Shown: positions 8,300-12,854 of the stretch, piece after piece
How positions within the stretch are numbered: the first letter of the stretch is position 1
How the letters are laid out: each line of letters starts with the position of its first letter
From: Candidatus Jordarchaeia archaeon
GTDB taxonomy: Archaea; Asgardarchaeota; Jordiarchaeia; Jordiarchaeales; Jordiarchaeaceae
Direction of reading: 5' to 3'
Length of the DNA: 12,854 nucleotides
Assembly (NCBI GenBank): GCA_029856435.1
Contig: JAHQXB010000181.1
Span: 1 to 12,854, forward strand
Program-made: the position numbers and the translations under genes
The notes under the pieces: generated by a model
What the model saw: the letters and a program-made list of their open reading frames with translations, nothing else
Databases searched by the model: none
What the model was told of the DNA's origin: nothing

Positions 8300-9112
8300 A
8301 TGGCTCAGAAAAAGACAGCCCAAGAGCTTTGGAAGGAAATAATTAAACCGGTAGTTCCAAGATCCCACAAGCTCTATGATCTATATTTTAAATATACTTT
8401 TATGGGGATTAAAAGAGGTCAGTGGTTGATTGCCACGCTCAAACGTTTTATTGATTTTAAAGGAAAGCGTGTTTTGGATGTTGGCTCGGGTTCGGGGGGA
8501 ATATCTATAGCGTTTGCTAAGAATGATATAGAAATAGTTAATTTTGATGCAGATGAAAGATACACAATTGTGTCGAAAAGATGGGCGGAGGAAAATGCAG
8601 TAGAGCTTAACCAAATGCTTGCCAGCGGAGAAGAAATGCCATTTAAAGATGGATCATTTGATGTAATCATTTGCAGTGACGTTATAGAGCACTTAGAGAG
8701 ACCTAAAAATTTGGTAAGGGAGGTATCCCGTATCCTCAAAAATGGGGGACTAGTTTACTTAACATGCCCAAACAAAACGTCGCCCAGACTCATATGGGAA
8801 GACAACCACTACTTTCTGCCCCTAGTCGTATTACTACCAAGAAAATTAGCAGATGTGTACATAAGGGCAACTGGCAGAGGCCAAAAAACCGAGGTAATAT
8901 TTCTACCTACATATTCAAAACTTGTAAAAATGTTCAGGGAAGCTGGAATAACTCTTTATTCATTTGAACTCGAAAATAAAATTAACGAGTTTAAAAAATC
9001 TTCACTATACGAGAAGGTTCCTGGTCTCGTGAACTTCTACAGTAAACACGTATACTTGAAATGGATAAGTCCGTTCTGGATATTTATCGGAAAAAAGAGG
9101 AAACACCCATAG
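8300..9112 (+). CDS. Class I SAM-dependent methyltransferase, paralog 1
   Basis: 270 aa. Motif I VLDVGSGSG, then EEMPFKDGSFDVIICSDVIEHL and RILKNGG. GAGGAG upstream of ATG. Confidence 0.9.
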   Translation: MAQKKTAQELWKEIIKPVVPRSHKLYDLYFKYTFMGIKRGQWLIATLKRFIDFKGKRVLDVGSGSGGISIAFAKNDIEIVNFDADERYTIVSKRWAEENAVELNQMLASGEEMPFKDGSFDVIICSDVIEHLERPKNLVREVSRILKNGGLVYLTCPNKTSPRLIWEDNHYFLPLVVLLPRKLADVYIRATGRGQKTEVIFLPTYSKLVKMFREAGITLYSFELENKINEFKKSSLYEKVPGLVNFYSKHVYLKWISPFWIFIGKKRKHP

Positions 9113-9160
9113 ATAGATTTAACCGCAAAAATTGAAAATTACCTTTAGGTGAGAAGAAAA

Positions 9161-9997
9161 ATGTCTAAAAAGAAGACCACAAGGGAACTATGGGACGAAT
9201 TCGTGGGGCCATTCCTCCCCCCAACACACTTATTATATGCTCCTTACACTGAATACACCTTTAAAGGAATAGAAAGAGGGCAAGAAATAGTGAATCTACT
9301 AAGACGCTTCACAAAATTGAAAAATAAAAGAGTTTTAGATCTTGGGCATGGTTCGGGGGGAATATCCATAGCCTTCGCAATGGGAGGCGCCCAAATAGTG
9401 GGCATAGACATAGAAAAAATGTATCCTCTAATAGCCCGTTCTTGGGCACAGGATAATAAACAGGAAGTGAACCTTCTAAGAGCAAGTGGTCTAGATTTAC
9501 CATTCAGGGATGAAACGTTTCACATAGTTTCATGCAATGATGTAATAGAACATGTGGAAGACGCTGAAAAATGTGTTAAAGAGATAAGTAGGGTACTAAA
9601 ACATGGAGGATTAGTATACGTAACATGCCCCAATAGAATAGCCCCAATAATAGTTATGAGAGATGGGCACTACGCCCTACCCTTAGAGTCGCTCCTCCCA
9701 AGAAAACTAGCCGACATATATGTGAGAGCAATGGGTAGAGCCCAAAAAACGTACGTGCCCTTTCAACCCACCTTCCCAAAGATGATTCGTGTGTTCAAAA
9801 AGGAGGGAATAGACCTCTTCTCTATAGAACTAAGCCTAAAAATTAATTCCTTTCATAACCCTCCACCGGGTGAGGCTGGAGGAAAAATAAAACAAAAAAT
9901 ATCCAGAATACTCCCCGGACTAGTCGAACTTTATGCAAAACACTTCTACCTAAAATGGATATGCCCCCTGTGGCGATTTGTTGGTGTGAAAAATTAA
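9161..9997 (+). CDS. Class I SAM-dependent methyltransferase, paralog 2
   Basis: Motif I VLDLGHGSG, then DLPFRDETFHIVSCNDVIEHV and RVLKHGG. ATG 9161 preferred over GTG 9149 because it follows AGGTGAG and aligns with paralog 1 (MSKKKTTRELW vs MAQKKTAQELW). Confidence 0.9.
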   Translation: MSKKKTTRELWDEFVGPFLPPTHLLYAPYTEYTFKGIERGQEIVNLLRRFTKLKNKRVLDLGHGSGGISIAFAMGGAQIVGIDIEKMYPLIARSWAQDNKQEVNLLRASGLDLPFRDETFHIVSCNDVIEHVEDAEKCVKEISRVLKHGGLVYVTCPNRIAPIIVMRDGHYALPLESLLPRKLADIYVRAMGRAQKTYVPFQPTFPKMIRVFKKEGIDLFSIELSLKINSFHNPPPGEAGGKIKQKISRILPGLVELYAKHFYLKWICPLWRFVGVKN

Positions 9998-10127
9998 AAT
10001 AACTTAGCTATTTGGGGATGCCCATAAGAGAATGGTGAGCAGTACGGATTTTAAATTATAGAACTAGAAGAATAAAGGAGTGGTAGCGGGATGTGGATTC
10101 GAACCACAGATCTCAGGGTTATGAGCC

Positions 10128-10154
10128 AACCGCCCTTACGGGTTTCCTTAAGGT
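10128..10154 (-). other. tRNA-iMet intron 3 (27 nt, position 29/30)
   Basis: ACCTTAAGGAAACCCGTAAGGGCGGTT. Central helix CCGC/GCGG (4 Watson-Crick pairs), bulges AG|A and TT|G, intron helix CCTTA/TAAGG. Confidence 0.92.
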
Positions 10155-10170
10155 CTGCGGGATCTCCTGA

Positions 10171-10200
10171 GTGGGCTTCCTCTTCTCTCGAAGAGTTCAT
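10171..10200 (-). other. tRNA-iMet intron 2 (30 nt, position 15/16)
   Basis: ATGAACTCTTCGAGAGAAGAGGAAGCCCAC. Central helix GGGT/GCCC, bulges AG|A and AC|T, hairpin CTCTTC-GAGA-GAAGAG with a GNRA loop. Confidence 0.82.
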
Positions 10201-10205
10201 CTACC

Positions 10206-10236
10206 TTAGACTTGGATTCTCAATTTGAGAATCCAT
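10206..10236 (-). other. tRNA-iMet intron 1 (31 nt, position 10/11)
   Basis: ATGGATTCTCAAATTGAGAATCCAAGTCTAA. Central helix GGAT/GTCT (two G-U pairs), bulges AG|A and AA|G, perfect 10-bp hairpin TGGATTCTCA-AAT-TGAGAATCCA. Confidence 0.82.
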
Positions 10237-10302
10237 CTATCCCGCTAACAAGCACACTCTTCCCGCTACGTTTTAGGACAAGGAATCTTATACTTAGAGC
10301 TT

Positions 10303-10310
10303 TATTTAAA
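10303..10310 (-). promoter_or_regulatory. Candidate TATA box for tRNA-iMet
   Basis: TTTAAATA on the minus strand, about 57 nt upstream of the mature 5' end. It implies a leader long enough to include the 10261-10268 repeat. Confidence 0.35.
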
Positions 10311-10405
10311 TCTATCGTTACTTTTTGTATTCTGAAAAAACTTTTTTGTCTATCCTTCGCCATCAATTTTTCAATGAAACTAAACTATTTGGCGTTAGAG
10401 GAAGT

Positions 10406-10414
10406 AAAAAGGAG
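10406..10414 (-). terminator. Candidate oligo-T terminator after tRNA-Ile
   Basis: CTCCTTTTT a few nt after the CCA. A similar CTCCTTT follows the tRNA-iMet CCA. Confidence 0.35.
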
Positions 10415-10417
10415 TAT

Positions 10418-10527
10418 TGGTGGGCCCAACGCGATTCGAACGCGCGCCAGCGACCCTTAAAGGAATTACTCCTTTGAAGTCTTTCGGTTATCAGCCGAAC
10501 GCTCTAACCAGGCTGAGCTATGGGCCC
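10418..10527 (-). tRNA. tRNA-Ile(GAT): tRNA-Ile (GAT) with one intron; exons 10527-10481 and 10448-10418
   Basis: Joined exons give 78 nt: GGGCCCA TA GCTC AGCCTGGTTA GAGC G TTCGG CTGATAA CCGAA AGGGC GCGCG TTCGAAT CGCGT TGGGCCC A CCA. All stems pair. Anticodon at 10492-10490. CCA is encoded. Confidence 0.93.
10449..10480 (-). other. tRNA-Ile intron (32 nt, position 45/46, variable loop)
   Basis: ACTTCAAAGGAGTAATTCCTTTAAGGGTCGCT. Long intron hairpin with an AAAGGA/TCCTTT core. Central helix CGAA/GTCG has one A.G mismatch. Bulges AG|A and CT|G. Confidence 0.78.
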
Positions 10528-10655
10528 ACCCATTTTTTGGTTTATGCTTGAATACCTTTGTGTACTCTTTTCTCTTTAGTGTAGCTGTGAGCTTTAGTGG
10601 ATTTATTGATGTTGTTTTTTATTAAAAAGTCTTTCTCATACCTTTTTAAAGTAAT

Positions 10656-11408
10656 CCCACTTTCCGCACCCTTACTTATATTTTTATTAATTTCAAGTAC
10701 AATGGTTGAGGTATGGACGGCATCAGCAAAGTAATCGACTATCTGGGCATAGTTTCCGGCGTATGCAGGGAAATCCACCTAGCGGAAGAGATAAACCGCA
10801 TCGTGGGGTAAACGACCAGCAGAAAGTCACAACCGGCGACGCCACCCTTGCCATGGTCATTCATAAATGCCCTGGGTTTCATAAGCAACCCCCTCTACCT
10901 CTTCCCAGGATTCATGCGCAACAAACCCGTAGAACTCCTCATAAGGGAAGCCCCAAAACCAGAAGACTTCAATGACGACACCTTGGGAAGAGCCCTAGAC
11001 CGACTGTACCAGAACATCCCCACCCAGATCTTCACGCACATCGCCCTCAAAGCTGCGAAACTCGTAGGGGTCGAGAAAAAATTCCTCCATCTCGACACCA
11101 CCACCATGAGCGTCCACGGCCAGCACCAGCAACAAGAAGACGAAATGACCCCCATCACCATAACTTATGGCCGTCCCAAGAAGAACGGGCGGAACGACCT
11201 AAAACAGTTTATAGTCTCCCTCATCACCCTCTCCCGGTCAGACCTCCCCATATGGCTCGACGTCCTGAGTGGCAACTCCTCCGACAAAAACCACTTCCCA
11301 GAGGTAATAAAGAGATTCTCAAAAGAACTCGCCGCTGGAGACGGTGAAGAAGTGTACTACGTCATGGACGCCACACTATACAGTAATGACAACATTCAAG
11401 AAGTCTCC
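10656..11408 (+). pseudogene. IS1634-family transposase remnant (left part of element; two indels; 3' truncated)
   Basis: ATG 10713 gives MDGISKVIDYLGIVSGVCREIHLAEEINRIVG*. After a missing G (10805-10808) the frame reads VNDQQKVTTGDATLAMV. After a TCAT duplication (10857-10864) it reads INALGFISNPLYLFP...FNDDTLGRALDRL...HLDTTT...YGRPKK..RNDLKQF...GNSSDK...YVMDATLYS. It stops at the MITE. The left end near 10656 (CCCACTTTCCGC) is tentative. GC is visibly higher than in the flanks. Confidence 0.85.
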
Positions 11409-11598
11409 CCCCCGGCGATAGATTCGCGGGATCTTTGCTATGGTTTTTTGCCGTTGTGTTCCCTGATAATTTATGGTTTTATCGGTGTTTTTCCTCAATT
11501 TTTAATATTTCCATCCCACTTAAGTGGTGAGAAACAGTTTTGAGAACAGCCAAAAAAAGGCCCAAAAACACGAGATTTTGCGAATCTATCGCCGGGGG
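11409..11598. mobile_element. 190-bp MITE-like non-autonomous element with 19-bp perfect terminal inverted repeats
   Basis: CCCCCGGCGATAGATTCGC (11409-11427) is the exact reverse complement of GCGAATCTATCGCCGGGGG (11580-11598). AT-rich interior with no convincing ORF of its own. Internal 12-bp palindrome CCACTTAAGTGG (11516-11527). No target-site duplication visible. Confidence 0.8.
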
Positions 11599-11834
11599 CG
11601 GCTCCTTAAAGCCTGTACAGCCACATGGGAGGAGCATGAGGTAGTTATTCACCCTAAAAAATTTTAGAAATCAAACAAATACTTCAATTTTTTGGACATG
11701 TTGTTCGTCTATAGCATAAAAGATATATATCTTCTTTGAATATGTACTCAATACAATTGAAGAACCCTTTTCGAAAATTGTTTCGTGAGGTGAAATAAGG
11801 TTGCAGAGGTGTTCTTTCCTCCACAGTTGGAGGG

Positions 11835-12383
11835 TTGAAGAAATTCGCTGAAGCAGATATCTTCGAACTATTAAATAGAATAGACTCCCTCATAGAGGGC
11901 ATAAATCTATTTTTGAAAGACGAAAAAGAGGAAAACAAGAATTTTTTGTTGAGTTCTTTGAAAAAGAATTTTCTTAAAGAATTCTCCCTACTGAGAGAAG
12001 GAATCGAAAAATTAGCCTCTATCGCATTGACGAAAAAACAAAGAGAAATTCTGATGTACGTATCAAATCTAGAAGACGCCACCGTTTTCACAAGGCTTGC
12101 CGAAGAAGTTTCGGAAAAATTTGAAATGCCTAAATCAACGGCTAGGTGGAATCTTAACAGACTTAAAAAAGCAGGGCTTATAACTGCAGGAAACAAAGAA
12201 AACAAAGGCATTCCAGTATCTCTCACATATATCGGTAAAATAGTAGCGCGCAAAGTGTATATCGATAATATAAGAGAGAATAAGTTCGTATCTGCCAATG
12301 TTACACAATTTGTAGACACCCTCGAATTCAAAAACATGCAAAAGGAGGCAATCGAGGAAGTACTTCAACTAAAAATGCTTTGA
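11835..12383 (+). CDS. Winged helix-turn-helix domain protein with N-terminal helical extension (putative transcription regulator)
   Basis: 182 aa, TTG start. wHTH-like core LTKKQREILMYV...FTRLAEEVSEKFEMPKSTARWNLNRLKKAGLITAG...VSLTYIGK. Confidence 0.7.
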   Translation: MKKFAEADIFELLNRIDSLIEGINLFLKDEKEENKNFLLSSLKKNFLKEFSLLREGIEKLASIALTKKQREILMYVSNLEDATVFTRLAEEVSEKFEMPKSTARWNLNRLKKAGLITAGNKENKGIPVSLTYIGKIVARKVYIDNIRENKFVSANVTQFVDTLEFKNMQKEAIEEVLQLKML

Positions 12384-12529
12384 CGTAGAGAAAGCATATT
12401 TGTACAAGGTAAATGTGGGGGTATTCCCCCACTGAATTTAGCTGAGCCTACCCAAAAAAAGGAATAATATTTTCCTTCTCAGAAAAGATTATCCTCCCAG
12501 CTTATATATAGTACTTCAGTAAACTTTTA

Positions 12530-12854
12530 TAACAGTAGTGATCTATGTTATTGTGGTGTTTGTGATGATCCTAGTGAAGGTTACCCGTGATGTTGATGTG
12601 AAGTTGTTGCGTGAACTCTGGAAGAACGAGAAGAACAGATTGAAGAGGGATCGGCTCCACGCGGTGATCCTTTGCGGCGGACAACAGCAAGAGGAGGACA
12701 GTCACCGAGATAGGCAACATACTGGGGAGGCCCCGCCAGACGGTATCCAGGTGGATCCACACATTCAATGAGGGCGGTTTGGAGGCACTCGACCCAAAGT
12801 GGGGCGGAGGTAGACCCAAGAAGTCGGCGGATTTAGAGGAGAAGCTGAAGGCAG
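12530..12854 (+). mobile_element. IS630-like transposase, N-terminal HTH part with a +1 frameshift; runs off the window
   Basis: ATG 12565 gives MILVKVTRDVDVKLLRELWKNEKNRLKRDRLHAVIL. From 12674 a second frame, open to the window end, reads AADNSKRRTVTEIGNILGRPRQTVSRWIHTFNEGGLEALDPKWGGGRPKK, the typical IS630 HTH + GRP motif. TATA at 12528-12531 is a candidate TA target. Higher GC than the flank. Confidence 0.72.

Larger units (their letters stand above)
10081..10246 (-). tRNA. tRNA-iMet(CAT): Initiator tRNA-Met (CAT) with three introns; exons 10246-10237, 10205-10201, 10170-10155, 10127-10081
   Basis: Joined exons give 78 nt: AGCGGGA TA GGGT AGTCAGGAGA TCCC G CAGGG CTCATAA CCCTG AGATC TGTGG TTCGAAT CCACA TCCCGCT A CCA. 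All four stems pair. A1-U72 and G29-G30-G31/C39-C40-C41 are initiator hallmarks. CCA is encoded. Confidence 0.92.

Noticed and set aside
8060-8368. ORFs 8060..8263 (+) and 8186..8368 (-)
   Set aside because: Low-complexity AT-rich intergenic translations with no motif or convincing ribosome-binding site.
10033-10057. TGGTGAGCAGTACGGATTTTAA, resembling the reverse complement of a tRNA 3' end (possible att site or tRNA fragment)
   Set aside because: T-arm spacing and the TTCGAA motif do not fit, it matches neither local tRNA, and no integrase is present.
10247-10267. A fourth, 21-nt intron in the acceptor stem of tRNA-iMet, suggested by the TAGCGGGA repeat
   Set aside because: The registers I tested across the repeat gave no 4-bp central helix; kept only as a leader-repeat hypothesis.
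10212-10460. 82-aa ORF on the + strand
   Set aside because: Overlaps both tRNA genes on the opposite strand; chance ORF.
10081-10527. Split or permuted tRNA, or CRISPR-like array (several short hairpins at roughly 30-nt spacing)
   Set aside because: All exons are collinear and in cis, and the hairpins are unrelated in sequence and fully explained as tRNA introns. No direct-repeat array or cas gene is present.
10542-10975. ORFs 10542..10778 (-) and 10706..10975 (+) as independent genes
   Set aside because: The first is antisense to the IS left end. The second is an out-of-frame read containing only the short inter-indel transposase segment.
11409-11543. C-terminal about 45 aa of the 10848..11543 ORF as genuine transposase sequence
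   Set aside because: It is read-through into the MITE; IS1634 similarity ends at about 11408.

Overview
Archaeal genomic window. An archaeal-type CCA-adding enzyme, a tRNA splicing endonuclease subunit, BHB-type tRNA introns and a LonB-like ATPase support this; a TACK/Asgard-like lineage is inference only. Positions 343-9997 are housekeeping-like: two tandem PhoU+TrkA_C paralogs, a DUF362/4Fe-4S protein, cca, thpR (probable CTG start, missed by the ORF track), a HycI-like protease, an apparently non-catalytic EndA subunit, a protease-less LonB-like AAA+ ATPase, and two tandem SAM methyltransferases. The most striking region is 10081-10527 on the minus strand. It holds an initiator tRNA-Met(CAT) split by three non-canonical introns (10/11, 15/16, 29/30) around a 5-nt micro-exon, and a tRNA-Ile(GAT) with an intron at 45/46. 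Removing the introns by hand gives two clean 78-nt cloverleaves. The helix registers suggest ordered splicing, and a copy of the 5' acceptor strand in the leader may act as a folding chaperone. Positions 10656-12854 are a mobile-element graveyard: a frameshifted, truncated IS1634-like transposase, a 190-bp MITE with 19-bp perfect TIRs, a winged-helix gene, and the start of a frameshifted IS630-like transposase. All assignments are by eye and from recalled family motifs; no searches were run.
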